A DNA stretch of 64,000 nucleotides from Spirogloea muscicola. Lineage: Eukaryota. The first letter of the stretch is position 1, and every line of letters begins with the position of its first letter. The stretch spans positions 504,071 to 568,070 of the forward strand of contig WELB01000013.1 of assembly GCA_009602725.1 (NCBI GenBank), in the 5' to 3' direction. Both the position numbers and the translations under genes were made by a program. Positions 1 through 13,873 of this stretch are shown one piece after another. Under the pieces are notes generated by a model that saw only the letters and a program-made list of their open reading frames with translations, did not search any database and was not told where the DNA came from.

Positions 1-235
1 GGCGGAGACGGCGGCGGCGCGCGACCCGCGCGCGGCGCCGCGGGCCTCGGGAGCGCCACTATGGCTGCGCTTTCCATTCGGCTTAGCATGGACGGCGGGG
101 ATGTTCCGATCTTGCAGATCGGACGGCCACGTCGACGGCCGGGGTCTGTCCGCAGGACGCGGCTGCATTGTAGCAGCAGGGCCCGGCGACCTAAACTCGC
201 CCTTGGGCACGCCGCGACCTGCGGCGAGCGCGGCC

Positions 236-1737
236 ATGGCCGACGGCGGCGGCGGCGGCGGCGGCGGAAGCCAGGGGCTGGCGGCCATGGAGTGGCGGAC
301 GCGCTGCTGGGGCTGCGGCCTCGGCGTCGGCCTGCCGGCCTACTCCCCGGTGTTCCGGTGCGGCTGGTGCGGCGCCGTCTCTGTCGACGGCGACGATCAG
401 CAGGCGGCCTCGGCGGCGGCGGCGGCGGCGGGCGGAGTGGCAGGCCGGGGCGAGCGCGCCCGCTGGCCCCGCGAGACGGCAGCTCAGTACCGGTGGTCGC
501 AGCTGCAGGGCCGTCTCATGCTGGCCGCTGTCACCACCTTCATCCTCTGCCTCATCGGTGCGCTTCCAGCTCGCTCGCTCACGCCACACCCTCTCACCTC
601 GCGCTGCGTCTTTTACGGCCGCCTCCTCCGCTCGCTTCCATGCACCTGCATTCGTTTCCTGCTGGCTGCTGCTCCTGCCATGCAAGCCGTCGTGTTGAAC
701 TCCACCTGTTGCGGGCACACTGTTGACAAGCTCTGTTGCCTCACTCAGGTGGCGGTGTTTGGTCCGTCTTCCCAGTGCTCTTCCCCTCAATATCCAGCGG
801 CCTCCTGCTGCACACTGTCCTGACGGTCGCACTGGCCTTCAACACCATCTTCAATTTTGCCCTTAGTTCGTGGTGGCCCGCGGGCAGACTGCCGCCGATG
901 AGGTGGGGCGAAGGCAGCGCCGTGGGGCAAGGCGCGTTAGACAATGTCACGTACTGCCGGATGTGTCAATTCCCCAAGCCCCAACGTGCACACCACTGCC
1001 GATCCTGCGGGCTATGCATCCTCGACATGGATCACCACTGCCCCTTTGTAAGTACTTTAAATTCTGCAACTATCAGTAGTGGTCAGTGTGTTGAACGTTT
1101 TCTGATATTGGCACCAGCTTATGATGGAACTGCTATTGGAGCTGTTTAGCACCAATTGTATGCCTTTCCCTGGCGAGCTGCTTGGAAGTAAAATTCTGGT
1201 CTTATGGTGCAGATTGCCAACTGTGTGGGAGCAACCAATCAGAGACACTTTGTTCTCTTTCTTATTTATGCTGTTATCAGCTGCACATATCTTGTTGGCA
1301 TGTCTATGTACACTCTACGCACTCATTGGAATGACTTGATAACAAGTCGGGATGCTAGGAGAAGTGGGAGCATTAGGCGCGGCTTTCTTGCCTTGACCAC
1401 CGTGCACTTGATGTGGTTATTCAGAGCCAACTCTGGGATGGCAGTAAGCTATCGTGCTATGGTGCTATTTTACTTGTGCTTAGCGGGTGCTGGAACAGCA
1501 ATTGGGATGGCGACCCTCTTGCTTCAACAGCTAAGGCTCTTGTTGAGAGGGCTTACATACATTGATTCTTTGCAGTCTTCCAACGGAGCTGCTGGGCAGC
1601 GAGGGCAGGCCGTGAGTATGACGAATTTGAGACGTGTCTTTGGTACAGGGTGGATGCCATATTGGCTCCTTCCGAGGTTAGGTCCGCCTCCAGGCTCGGA
1701 GCTTGCCAAGTGGGCTGAAAATGACCACAGTCATTGA
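236..1737 (+). CDS. PAT11: DHHC protein S-acyltransferase (palmitoyltransferase), PAT11-like; 3 exons (236-557, 749-1047, 1213-1737)
   Basis: N-terminal CWGCGL...YSPVFRCGWCGA motif as in plant PAT11. Cys-rich domain YCRMCQFPKPQRAHHCRSCGLCILDMDHHCPF|IANCVGATNQRHF is joined across GT-AG introns. Hydrophobic segments follow. Confidence 0.9.
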
Positions 1738-2062
1738 CCACTGTTACCCAGTGCTAGAGAAAGTCAGAGAGCTTGTCACTCAGTACAAAGGTGCCGATCT
1801 TCAAGGGTTTATGCATGCAGAGCATCCCAGCTATATACTCGACGGAATGTGGTTGATGCTATGTCTGAGTATTGCTGAGCAGCCTCACGACACGGTGGGC
1901 AAGCTGGAGGATGCGGGGTTGTCCGGCCTGGCATGTGGGCTTCCTGTCCCTCCATTCCATCTCGTGTTGCACCGAGCGCCTTCGCCCCTTCAGACTGGCC
2001 GCACCGCTCCAGGATCCGAGTCCTGTAGCCTGGCGGGCAGCCTGATCAAGAAAGGAAAGATA

Positions 2063-2190
2063 GAATGCGGCTGCTGATAGTGGCGGAGCGGCTATAGAAG
2101 CCAGCCAAGAGAGGAGGAAGTTGAGCTCTTCCAAATGGGTCGGGGGCTGTGAACGGCCAGCCCAGATAGGAAGGGTGCAAGTGGGGGAGG
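2063..2190 (-). repeat. CRE-associated 3'-terminal motif plus hairpin unit
   Basis: GAATGCGGCTGCTG...GAGCGGCTATAGAAGCCAGCCA (2063-2107) and GGCTGTGAACGGCCAGCCC (~2146-2163) match motifs repeated elsewhere in the window. Confidence 0.6.
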
Positions 2191-3365
2191 CGGACAAGTG
2201 GATGGGGATCGGGCCGACAAGTATCTCCAGGCGACGCTCAGCGGCCACAAGGAGCTGATGGGGCGGCGGTGCCGTCGCCCGGGGGGCGTGCCCCGCAAAC
2301 CTGGCCCCCGGGGGCCAGGGCCGGGGAACATTGTCCGGAGGCTGGCGGCCGCCGAGCTCAGTGGCCAGAGGCGCGTGCCCACTGGGTGCTGACGGGGCCC
2401 CTTGCCACGATCGCGCGCTCTCATTGGCTGTCAGGGGCCGGCACGCGGCAGCAGGTAGCGACGAAGCGCCACGCTGGCACCCGCGTGGCGCGTGCGATTG
2501 GCGGGCGACGCGGCATGCCACCGGGCGACGCCGCCGGGCGACGTCGCCGGGGCAGGCACTTGTCGCCGGGGCCTGCGCCTGATTTGGCAGCCCGGGGCGC
2601 GCGTGGGAAGCAGTCCCGGGGGGGGGAAGCGCAGCGCCGCCCTGACGCGGCATATGTCCGGTGACGGGGCCTAGTGCTGACCTCAAGCCGGACGTCGATG
2701 GCGGGCGCCGTGGAGCGGCAGGGGGCATGGGCCACCGGCGCCACCGGGGCGACGCGAGGGGCGTCCCCCCTTATCCTACTTCGCCACAGCTCCGGGGCCC
2801 TGGGGGGGGGGGAGCGTACAGTGCGTCTGCAGTGATAAATAATACCTGGTCCTGGACTGTGCAGATCCCTGAGGGGCGGGGCAAAAAGAAGTATTCGACC
2901 ACCGAGTTAATTCCTGCACGGCACGAGGGCCGAGAAATGCGGGCGCAGGACGCCTCAGCATCCCAGCTCGGCACAGTAGCGCGCGCCCGCTTGCCCTACC
3001 GGGCGGAAGCAGGGGGCCTGCGGCCGCGGCCCATGTCCAGGCGCACCCACCCCCCCAAAACCCCCGGGGAGATATTTGGTCACCCCCCCTCTGGGCGGGC
3101 GCTCTCCTTCCTCACCCCCCTCCCCACAAGCCCCTCATGGACTGTACTGGCCGCTGCGCTTCGTCCCCCCACCGCACGGCGCCCTCCCCCTTCCCTCCAG
3201 CCGCCCCCTGCCCCGGACCCTCCCTCCCCTCGGGCCGTCTCCCGCGTTTCCGCGCCCCTCCCTTTCTGTCTGGCCCCAGGAGCGCCCCCCCCTCCCCCGC
3301 CCTCCCTCCTCCNTCCCCCGGCCCTCGCCGCCGCCACGGCCGCCGCCGTCTCCTCCCGCTCAGCC

Positions 3366-6254
3366 ATGGCGTGCGGCCGCCCTGGCCCTCGCCGCCGCGC
3401 CGTCGCCTGACCGCCGTCCGCGTCGCGCTCGTCCGCACTTCACCATCGTCGACCTCGCCGGGAAGCTCTCTCTGAGGAGGCGCCCCGGGGCGCCCGGCGC
3501 TCTCGGTTGCTGCTGCAGCGGCCACCACCATCCATGCAGGCCTGGACGAATGCCGCAGGGAGGAGCGCCGGCGGCAGCTCCAACCTCGCCGCCGCCGAGT
3601 CCCTCGCCGTCTCGACCTTGGAGCAGTCCAGGCCCGGCGGCTCCCTCAGGAGTGGCCACTCTGACGAGGCATCCGCGACGAGCGCCTCGTCCGCCACAAC
3701 GTCGGCTTCGGGCCTCCCTTACGTGATGCCGCGCCCCGGCCTGCCGAAACTGCGGTGCCCTCGTGGGGCGCTCGGCAACTCTCAGGTTGGGCAGCCGTGA
3801 ACCTGGAGGAGCACAGCTTAGTGTTGCAGTATACTGTTTCGCGCTGAAAGAGTGGACGCATTGCTGCGGTTGAGCTCGTGAAGTATCTTCTAGGCATCAC
3901 TTTCGATCGCAGAGTACAAAGTCCAGATGAATGTCTGTTGGTCAAGTGATGGTGTCATCATGTGCATGGTGTCTGCATGTGCACAGCTTATTTGCCAGTG
4001 TACCGAAAGAAAATTCATGGATTTATAGGGGTCCCTTGCAGCTCCCTGAGGTCATGTGTAAATGGGGGTGTGACTTGCATGACATGAGTTTTCTGATCAC
4101 GTGATGCAGCGAAGTCAAGCCATGGCCCCCAAGACTCCTCGGAGGCGGCATGGCCGGTTGGCTGCAGGAGCTGCCCTTACGTTCTTCTTCAACAGCCCTG
4201 GCGGGGGGGCGAGCAGCACTGGCATACAGACGGTGATGGCAAGGAACGCAGCTATTATGCCGGTCGTACTCCGGAGGGCCAACTTTGTCAGCGCTGCAAA
4301 GCACAGCGACGGCGATGAGATGGAGGCCGATGTCATTGACAGGCTAGCAGTGACAGAGCGCAGTCAATCTGTCAACGAGGAACTCTTGCTCTTCTTCTTT
4401 CAGTTGGACCTCACCACCAGACTACAGGTCTTGCATTTAGCCTTGCAGCCCATGTCCTCACGACTGTACATGCACTGGCGCTTGTCTCCAGCCCCTGTTT
4501 CTGGCTCTGCATTGTGAAGTCCTTGTGGTGTATTCAAAGGCTGCTGGTATTGGCTCAAATGTGCACCATGGCCTGCTGAACATGTATTCGATGTCACTGA
4601 TATTTGTCATGTGCTATCCTACAGAGGGCCCTGAACAAAGATGAATACGAAGCTGCACAGCAACTACGGGAGAAGATAGCGGATGTAAGTTGTATGTGAG
4701 GCGATCAAAGTGCTGCTAAGGATGTCAATCCTGCTGTTTTTGGAGCAACAGACAGCCAGTAACCGGTTTCTGATAGGTGTTGGAAGTTGAGCAGTGCATA
4801 GAGCAACCTTTATTTTTGCCACAGGGAAGTGTGATAGCTACACTAATAGGTAGAGAGTGATGAGAACGCTCACTCTAAATTCCTGCTCTTGGGCCTTTCG
4901 CAGGTTGAGCAGGAAGTGCAGAGGCAACGAGAATTGAAAATGGGGTCAGGCTCAGCTAAAGCGGAAGTGCAAGACAAGGCGCTTGCCATCCTTGGAATCA
5001 GGTGGGCGAGTGCAAGTTCTTCAGGCATCCAAGTTTCACTGGCAAAGTCCATGGCTTCTTGTGGCTTCAACTATCTGCACTCATGCTCTGCAAGGTGTGC
5101 AGGTCGGAGTTGCAGAAAGCCATTGAACAGGAGCAATATACTGAGGCGGCCATGTTTCGGGACAGGCTGTCACAGCTCGAGGTGCGTCCTATGAATGTCA
5201 TTTGCTGGGGAGTACTTTATGCTTGCTCTATATGGTTGTGCTTTTGATGTATGTGCCAGTGTAATGATCACATATGCCTTGTCATATGTCAGGCCGAAAC
5301 GCTCGCAGCTTCAGCACAAGCCTTGGCTTTCACCACTGTAGAATACAGATTCCGGCTTGGGCAGGTCATTCTGCACAAAGAGCACAGTAAGGCACTTGGC
5401 CAGTCTCTGGATCAGAGCCAAGTGTTGTACGGCACGTTACCATTTATCCTTTCACCCTGCTGCTTGAGCCGCTTCTTGAGCTGGTGACGCTTTTTACCTT
5501 ACCAACTACTTTAGGATGTAGGAGCCGGACTCTCATGTACTGCCTTGTACTCATGTTCAGAATATCGAGGGGTCATTTGTGGGATGGATCCCATGTGTTG
5601 TGAATCGGACACTTGGGCTGAGAGTGCTGAGGTTGACAGACTACCCCGAGGTCGGCGTCAGCCGTTCTATCAAGTACGGCACGTGTGAAAGTCTGGGAAA
5701 GCTTTCAACGACTTCTGTTACCAACTCCTTTTGTGTCTCTATTGTTGTGTATCTGCAAAATTTGAAGCCCACCATACCCAGCTCATTGTTGTCATTGTAT
5801 GCTGTTGGGCAGGTCTTGGTGGATCGCAGAGACAGCCCTGGCTTCGTCGTGGCTTATGGTGAGTTTTGCGAGCATGATCATGCTGTATGATGAGTGACAT
5901 TGTTGCTATTGGGCAGCAACTTCTATCTTGTCAGGTAGCAGCAGCGACTCGTGGCATGTCGACATAGCCCATACACTTCCAGGATAGACGCTGAGAATCA
6001 CTTCAGGGTTGTGCATTGCTCTCAGTGGCTGCCTTGACACTTGCTTTGCAGTGCCCGAGGAGCGTATCATGGTGCCGGGGGAAAATGACAAGGAGAGGTC
6101 ACCTTTCGATCACCCCTATACATACCTCCTTTTCTTGGGTGTGGACTCAGCCGGGGACTTCATCCCCTCCAAGCAGCTGAGGGAGAAGTACGGTGCTCCT
6201 CGCCACGAGCTGCCATATGACGGAGAAAACTCAGAACAGGCCCCCACCGATTGA
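3366..6254 (+). CDS. CLPF: Plastid Clp protease adaptor ClpF (UvrB/C motif + YccV-like domain); multi-exon, 5' exon frame uncertain
   Basis: Spliced exons read ERSQSVNEELLLFFFQLDLTTRLQ|RALNKDEYEAAQQLREKIAD|...ELQKAIEQEQYTEAAMFRDRLSQLE (UVR)|...FRLGQVILHKEH|KYRGVICGMDPMCCES...RQPFYQ|VLVD...|FDHPYTYLLFLGVDSAGDFIP. The ATG at 3366 needs a 1-nt frame correction to give an Ala-rich transit peptide. Confidence 0.85.
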
Positions 6255-8138
6255 CTATGCTGGAGGCAGCTGAGGTTGCAAGTCTCGACAACAAGGACAT
6301 TCCGGTCTGGACAGAAGAGTGGTCAGACGGCCTTGTTACACATCACTGAGACCATTTGAGCATCTCAGATGTTCTTTTGTGCTCTTACTGGCAGGCGGCC
6401 ATCTGTTGCATACGTAGTATTACTGTAGGCCAGTCCGCCAGCAGGGCGGCGGTAAAAGCAGGCTAATACTATCTGGTAATACTCCACAAGCGGCATAGGT
6501 GGCTCTTGCTGTGCCCTCCTGAAGAGTCCATGCTACTGCACAATCTGCAACTCTTCACTCTTTGAGATTGTCAGCCTTTGGCTGGCACATGGCGCACCTT
6601 TGGCAGGCAGGCCTGGCAAAGTTTCTTACCCTGCCGTCAACCTTGTACACATGTTTTCATCCCATGGCAATGGGTCACAATTGTGCTGGCTTCCCTAGTC
6701 TTTGATGAGCCTTCGCACCCTTTCTACCGGCCTGCCCTGCCTGCGATAATCATGTGGACAGCAATTGCAGCCAAGCTGCTTGCATGTGTAAAAACTCACT
6801 TACTGAGCTTTTGAAGGGCCTTTGGGAAGGTACTGCTGTTCCTGGCCGAGTACTAGCTTTCATCACGAAGTGAACACTGACATGATTGACGAGCTGCAAA
6901 TTGCCTGCCTCTTGAATTGTCCTCTTGGTTGGTGAGCGCCATGGCATTCCAACGTGCACCGCAGCTTAGCCACATTGATCACACAAGCTTATATACTCAG
7001 GAGCAATGAAAACCCCAGCATCACTTGAAGAAATGGGGACCATTGTAAGATCCCACCAAGACCTCGTGCCATGTGTGGAACATTCGTTACTTCTTCAACT
7101 GGCACGGCCTGTTGAAGAAGTCTGCTGTAAGGTTGACATGGACAGCACATACTTTTCTCCATATGCAGCATCTGCATTATCAATTCCCCTGTACTGAGAT
7201 TGCCGGCCACATGGTTAGCTCTGCTAGGCAGTGGAGTTTGTGTGCTGGCCTTCTGTGCTCGAGATATTCAGATATGCTTTTGTTAAAAGCATGTTATATG
7301 TGCTGGCCTTCAGTGGAAACAGATAGTACGATGTTTTTATGACAGGACCCATCCCCGCAAGTATGTGTCAGTCCAGTGGCCAACCGTGACGCGCAAGACT
7401 CTCTACTACACATTTCATCATTAAGATTGACCTACTTCTCCTGCTTTGAATTCGAAAACATCAAGCTTGTAGTCTGCAAACCTGTGCAGCTCTGTCAGAA
7501 GAGCGATAGCATCCGTGTTCTGCCTGACAATGGACAAGTCCCACAGCTAACGGGCTCGGTTGCATGGCATACGGGCAGCCTTTGACACGCTTGGAAGTAG
7601 CCAACATACACAAACAGTGGACTTTTGGATGGAGAGTCCCACTGTTGATGTGATTTGCAGGCCGCTTTTGAAGCCATCATCATCTATGACTATCTGGGAT
7701 CCCAGGAGGAGCTCCGATCGCCGAGCTATTGAATAAGAGAATAAATCAAGACTGACCACACTGATTGTTTACCACATGTCATACTGCACCTTAGCGATTT
7801 CTGGGGATAACGGCATGGTGCACATTTGCTTTGCTTCGTGACAACATAACAACATCGAGGAGAAAAGCACGTCTACAATTTGGGGTGTTCTCCCCCCTCT
7901 CCCCCAAGGTTCTCCCCCCTCTCCCCCAACCTCCCTCTCCCCCTCCCCCCGCTGACCTCTCAAAGCCCACGAGGTCCTATCAGTGTAGCTGCATTTAGCT
8001 GCAATTTAGCAGTCGTAAGTCCTCATAAGAGCCGCACCATGCAGCAGATGGAGCAAAGTAGGTGCTTCGAGGGGGCATACAAAAATGAAAGAATGGGTTA
8101 CATTGCTCTGGCAACAAGGAGATGCTACCAAGCAGGGG

Positions 8139-11100
8139 TCATCGTAGGCCTGGCAGCGACACAATGCCAAAGACATGCAAGATCCGGAGGGCGAGGAAGG
8201 ACGCATAAAGGGCGATAAGGCCAATGCCGAGCGCGCGGCCAGGCCGCATGCCGGCGCGGGGCAGTGTGACGAGGGCGTACAGGAGGCCAGCAACGAGGAA
8301 GCCGATGGTCCAGTAGAGGGAGTCGTCACGAGGGACGCAGAACGGTGCCGGCGCCGCACGCCAGGCGGCGAGCACAAGGGACAGGCCAAGGCCGACGAGC
8401 GTGTTGAACATGGGGCCGGCATAGGAGCCAGCGACAGCGATCTGCACGCCATCAGCACTGCCGTTGCAAGCAAGCGACAGGTTTGCGACGAGATCGCCAA
8501 TGGAGTTTCCCCACGCTAGCAGCGTGAGGCCAAGGACCGCCGAGTCGATCTCCAGGATGATGCCGAGCGCCACGAGCGCGGCGACAAGCTCATTGGCGAT
8601 GAGGTAGAACCACAGAATGCTCATGGAGAAGCCGGCGGAAACCCAGAGCAGCTGCAGGCGTGCCGGCGGGTGGTCTGGTGAGAGAGTGGCCAAGCCCAGC
8701 ACGGCAAGGACCGCGCCAATGGCGCCGCCGATTGCGTAACCCTTTGGGTCGTCACCAAGGTGCGAATCGGAACTGTCCCATACAACAGCCACGAGAAGTG
8801 GCGCGCACGCCAGCGCGGCGACTGTGCATGGCTTGCTCCAACGGTCTTCGTCTAGAATAGGAATTGTGATGCGTCGCGGGAACTCGAGTGGCATAGCAAT
8901 GCCGTAGTGGCACAGCCCCGACAGCGTGTACCATTTGGGCTTCTGCACCATACAGACGGTGGCTTGCTGGAGGTCAGAACATGCTCTCAGTCCCTGCATG
9001 CCATGCCATGCCATGTTCTTCCACCTCCTATGCGATTTAGCGCACTGATAACAGAGGGACAAACATAGTGGTGGCAGGGCAATGAAGGCTACCGCAACTG
9101 TATCACACAAATTTGACAACCCTCTGAATAAACAGCTTCCAATCATAATCACAACCATCAGAGATCTTCAAGCATCTGCTGCCCAATTGGATCCATTTTG
9201 TAATTCCAAATATTCATAAATCAGCAGACCATTTTTGCTCTTTAAGCGTTCACCATCAAAGCAAGGGCAACACAAAGGGCTTGGGGGCAACATTGGCTCG
9301 GGCACCTCATTGGCCTCAGCCTCAGCATCGCTCCAGCCCCAGAGCGGCCGTGCGGCGGGGCTTGCCGGTCTCCCTCCCGCGCCCTCTTCGGCCTCATTGG
9401 CAGCCTCCACAACTCCGTGGTGCTGCATGGCACGCTTGGCTGCTTCTGCACGCAGGCGCTGTTCCAATGAACTTGAGTGGCGGTAGATTGCTACGTTGCT
9501 TGTCCACATCCACTGCGGCAGCATCGGGCCGGCGCCTGCAGCTGAATTGCTCAGCGTGGCAGCGTGCTCCGCATCTGCCTCGTCTTGGAGCAGTGAGTAT
9601 CCAAAGTCGTCGCCGTAACCACCAGCATCGTCGCCACCCCGCAGCCAGCAGTCCTTGAGCAGGTTCCGCCCCTCGAAGCCTGTTATCAATTGGAGTAAGT
9701 GATATGGCAGGTGAGAGGCAAAGACGCGAGCTCTTGATTTAAATCCACGCAGCTACAGCTCAGCGGCTGCAGCATCAACTATGGCCGAATGGGGCCCCGA
9801 GTCGAACAAGGCTACAAGCACGTGAACCGTGCTGAAGTCAGAGCCGAACGTAAGATAGATAGAAGAAGAGGACTCAGCAATCAGCAGGAGCTGATTGCAG
9901 GCCCTGCCTGCAGACCTGTGGAGGCAAGTGGCTGCAGGAGGTGCCAGTGCTCCGCCTGGTGCCGCAGGACCTCAGACAGCGCGACTGAGACGCCGTACAC
10001 GACGTAGATGGAGATGAAAGCGACAGCGCCTACGAGCGTGATCCTCCCGTAGGCCATGATGGCCACCAGTGCCTGTCGGTCGCACACGGAGGCCTCAGCA
10101 TTGGCGTGAAGCCTGTCTCGTGCGCTTCCTCACCTTGACCGTGCTTAGCGATGCAGTCGGGTCGGAACGCAGCAAAGTCAGTCAGAGTATGAATGGTACC
10201 AACTTGTCTTGCTATGACATTCGATCCATCTTATTTGAATTAAGCAGTCCTCTGCTTCTGAGTCAGGTAAGCTGCTGCAGAAGCAACGGCGTGGGAGTTG
10301 GACTGACCATGAGCGTGAGGAGGAAGAAGGAGATGTCGCGGAGGAAGGAGCCCTGGTGGAGCCGCACGCGGGTACCCGAGGCGGCGACGGCGCACGCAAC
10401 CAGGCCCACGACGACGCTCGTCACGAACGCCGCGGCGCCCAGCACGCTGTTGAGGCCCACCTGGCCCTGGCCGGCCCCCACGAACGCCGCGATGCTGCGC
10501 CACACGGCGCGGGAACGACGGCTGCCGTGAGGGCCATGGAGTGCAAGCAGCGGGAAATGGGTTTAGTGCTAACAACGGAGCCAGCCGGAGCAGAGGCGGA
10601 TGTGGCCAAGGAGGCGGAGGCTGGGCAGCGGGGCAGGCGGCGTGGCTATCATACACATACCCGACTAGAACTAACTATAACGATATAACCAACTAACTAT
10701 AGCGATATAACTAACTAACTAACTAACCCAGTACGTGTCTAACTCAAGTAACTACAGCGATATCGGTGTTCTGAGAGAAGAGAGCAGGAGAGGCGGCGGA
10801 CCTGGCGAAGACGTCGGGCGCGCCGTTGCCGAAGGGCAGGAGCGTGACGCCGGCGATGGTGGGCGGGAGGCGGAGGAGCGCCGAGAGGCGCTCGAGGGAG
10901 GGGCAGAAGTAGTCAGCGGCGGTGTTGCCGAGCATGTAGAAGAGCGCGGCAAGCGCCAGGGCCAGCGCGCCGTAGCCGCCGGCGGGCCACCAGCCGCAGC
11001 GGCAGAAGAAGGCGCGCGTGTACTCCACCAGCGTGCCCGACGCGCACGCCTCCTCCGCCACCGCGAACGCGCACTTCTCTGCACTCCAGGGCCGAGGCGG

Positions 11101-11198
11101 GACGTCAGCCGCGGCAGCGATGGAGCGGCGGCGGCGGCGGCGGCGGCGGTGGCGACGGCGGCGGCGGCGGCCAAGGAGATGGAAAAGGCGGAGGGCAT
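8139..11198 (-). CDS. Cation/calcium exchanger (CCX family), about 5 exons; start uncertain
   Basis: Alpha-1 repeat [10 protein letters not shown]...[22 protein letters not shown] and alpha-2 repeat [18 protein letters not shown], plus YAGPMFNTL and many TM segments. The candidate ATG at 11198 is not in frame with the conserved exon (possible indel or error). Confidence 0.88.
10663..10729 (+). repeat. Intronic (ACTA)n-rich tandem/microsatellite repeat
   Basis: actaactataacgatataac / actaactatagcgatataac followed by (taac)n. Confidence 0.7.
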
Positions 11199-11246
11199 TC
11201 GGTAGAGCCTGCGCGGCGGCAGCGGCGGCGGCGGCGGCGAGCCGAG

Positions 11247-11327
11247 ATGCGGATCGAGGACGTGCCGGCGGCCAGCCGCAAGCAGCGCGTAGCCACGCAC
11301 ACGCACATCAAGGGCCTCGGCCTCAAG
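11247..11327 (+). CDS. RUVBL1: First coding exon of RuvB-like 1 (TIP49a/pontin); remainder not found in window
   Basis: [27 protein letters not shown] matches the RUVBL1 N-terminal '[13 protein letters not shown]' motif and is followed by a GT donor. Confidence 0.8.
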
Positions 11328-11488
11328 GTCCGGCCCCCCTTCTCCCTCCTCCCTCCCTCCTCCCTCGCTTCGCGGGCCGCGCCTCCGCGGGCTGAGCCGT
11401 GCTGTGGCGGCGNCGGCGCCGCGTTCGGGCTGGCAGGCATGGAGGGGGCGGGGGAGAGCTGGGGGGGGTGTCTTCCCCTGCTGGAGCC

Positions 11489-11725
11489 CCCTCGGCTTAC
11501 CTGGAAGATAGCGGTGACGGCCCCGCCGGTGAGGTTTCGAGCCCGTGCTCCGGGCCGCGCCGGGGGCTTACCGGCGCGCCCCGCCCGCTAACCCGCCGTT
11601 ATGGCCACGCGGCGGGCCGGCAGACGACACTCGTCGTCTGCCGGGGCTCTACCGCGCCGCCACGTGTGACCGTGACGCTGACGCTGACAAGGCACACGGT
11701 GGCGGCGCGTGAGATGACGCTGACG
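11489..11725. repeat. Diverged direct repeat, copy 1 (copy 2 at ~16246-16475)
   Basis: Shared blocks GGCTTACCTG.AAGATAGCGGTGACGGCCC, CGAGCCCGTGCTCCG, GCGCCGGGGGCTTACC, CCCGCTAACCCGCCGT.ATGGCCACGCGGCGGGC, GCCGCCACGTG and TGACGCTGACG. Confidence 0.8.
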
Positions 11726-13479
11726 GGGATAAGGACACGGGGCCCGCTGCTCCTCCCCGTGCTCCTTCCCGCTCCGGCGCGTCCACCGACCGGCTCCTTG
11801 GCCTCCTCCTTCGCTGCCTCGTCGGTGGCAGCGTGAGTGCCGAGCCCGCCCAGGCCGAATGGTGGCTTGATAGATTGGTTGGCTGCTCTGATTGGTCCTA
11901 TGCCTCATTGACTGGCTCCACTGCCAAGCTTATACATCTCAGCTTGGGGGCTTACCACTGTAATCTTGCGTTTTCTTGTGTCCTGGCGCCTACTATGCAG
12001 CTCGTCACAAGAAGTTCAGACATGCCATGCTTGACGTGCAATGTGAGCTTGAGCAGCGTAACAGGTCAGCTCCACTATCATCAAAAGGCCAGTGCTTATG
12101 ATAATCATCGTTGCTCGACCAGAAGAGCTTAGTAGTACAGAGGGGGGGTCCATTCATAATCACCAGCTCACAGGCAGAAACTTTCTGATGTAGTGTGTGG
12201 GGTGCACTGGTGTGTCTAACATCCCTGTGTGTACATGCAAAAGCTAGTGTCGACAACGATACGTTGTTCTTGGCATATCAGATTCTGTCAACTAGTGTGA
12301 CGAATCTGGAGCCTATATGATTATACTCGGACACGCTCTTTGCTGTCTCCACAGGAAACGCAAAGATGCAGGCAGTGTGGCATACCCGTACATGCTTCCA
12401 AGGAAGTCGCTACAACCACAAAGGCGAGGCTATTGAAGGTCTCTGCAATAGCGTCTCCATCTGAGCACTGGGAGGTGAAAGCTACGTGTACAGACATACT
12501 CTTGCACTTCAATTGGCATGCCTCTTTAGGAAGGGTCTGTTGTCAAAGCCCAATGCTGATGGAAGCCCACTCCTCGGAAGTGCTATTGTATAGTGGAGTA
12601 CTCATTTTTCAGTATGCAAGGGTTACGCACTAAGTGAAAGTTCCTTCACAATCCAAGAGAAAGTTGGCATCATGTCTTATTTACTATACAGCAAAGCACA
12701 AATGTTGACAGTAAAGACGTTCCCCGGAATCAAGAATGTGTATCGACTTTTGGAGCATGCAAGAGAGTACCTGATAATGATTTCAAAGACGTGTGTCAAT
12801 TAGAAAATAGTACAAGCAACCACTAACAAATTATTTATACTAGTCAACAATTCGAGCAACAGAAATCACAAATGTATTTTTATTCGTAACAAGGCACATT
12901 GCACATACGATTGTTCCATCTACAGTTTACCATCGACTGCTATCACACTGTATAATCCTCTCTCGACAATGACCTTCTTTGCACCTGAAGCTGTCTCTAC
13001 CATGCAATTTCAGCTTTCACTACAAATTTACGACTGGCGTTATGCTTACCAGCTCCCCAGCATGCAGTCTCTCAAAGGCGCACACTTCGGCGCATTGGGC
13101 CAACTCCTGCAAGCGACACGTTCTTTCAATATCGGCAGTCTTACAATGGTCGACCTGCTGTCATTATCACCCGCACCAACTCCGGGCCATGTTGCACCAC
13201 AGCGACTGCGGTAGCAGTCTTTTCTCTTGTGCAAGAGCACACAGATATTTCTGTTCGCCCCGCCTGGTAAGATGACTAGCATCTGCAACCATCTGTCGAG
13301 CACTCTTTCTTAGGGTATGGACGTCCTGACCATGTAACATTGTTGCAAACAAGCCGTGCAAGGGATATGGGCATGCGCTGCCAAGGAACAAATAATTAGC
13401 TCATTTCAGTGACAATACCAGATGCTTCGCGTCAACTACGGGCAGTATTGGGGCGCCCTTCAAAGAATGGCCCCGTAAC

Positions 13480-13873
13480 TTCTGAGACCGGCTATGCCGT
13501 AAAGGTGGCCGAACAGAAGAAGTTGCAGAAGTACAAGGACCACCCGGCACAGCGGCGCCGAGAACAGGGTGCAGCCCTTCCCGGTGGCTCGGTGCCTTCG
13601 GGTCTTGTGTCCTGCTACCGCATGCGTTTGTCTATGTCGCTACAGCGTTCCCAAGCGCTTGCTTTGCATCGCCGTGCTGGTCGTGCCCTTGCAGCAGCCT
13701 CTGGCTTGCGCAGCGGGGTTGCTCTTCCTCCCCTCAGCTCATCTCTGACTTCCTACTGTTGACACGGGGTTACTAAGAGCGCCCTGGCTGCCTAGCCTGT
13801 GGCTCCGTCATGAACACCTGTATGGATCTGGCTGGCTTTCACAGCCGCTCTTTTAATATCAGCAGCCGCATTC
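13480..13873 (+). mobile_element. Degenerate 3' part of CRE-like non-LTR retrotransposon (RLE C-terminus + 3' terminal motif)
   Basis: GYAVKVAEQKKLQKYKDHPA...YRMRLSMSLQRSQALALHRRAGRALAAASG, homologous to the ORF at 57669-58244. Ends in GGCTGGCTTTCACAGCCGCTC...CAGCAGCCGCATTC. Confidence 0.75.

Noticed and set aside
2200..3360. Several Pro/Arg/Gly-rich ORFs
   Set aside because: No recognisable domain; expected by chance at this GC content.
11497..11504. CTTACCTG as the 5' end of a U1 snRNA (also ~16254)
   Set aside because: Downstream sequence lacks recognisable U1 stem-loops and an Sm site.
11900..13400. Short ORFs and an AT-rich stretch
   Set aside because: No recognisable protein or RNA motif; cannot be supported without a search.
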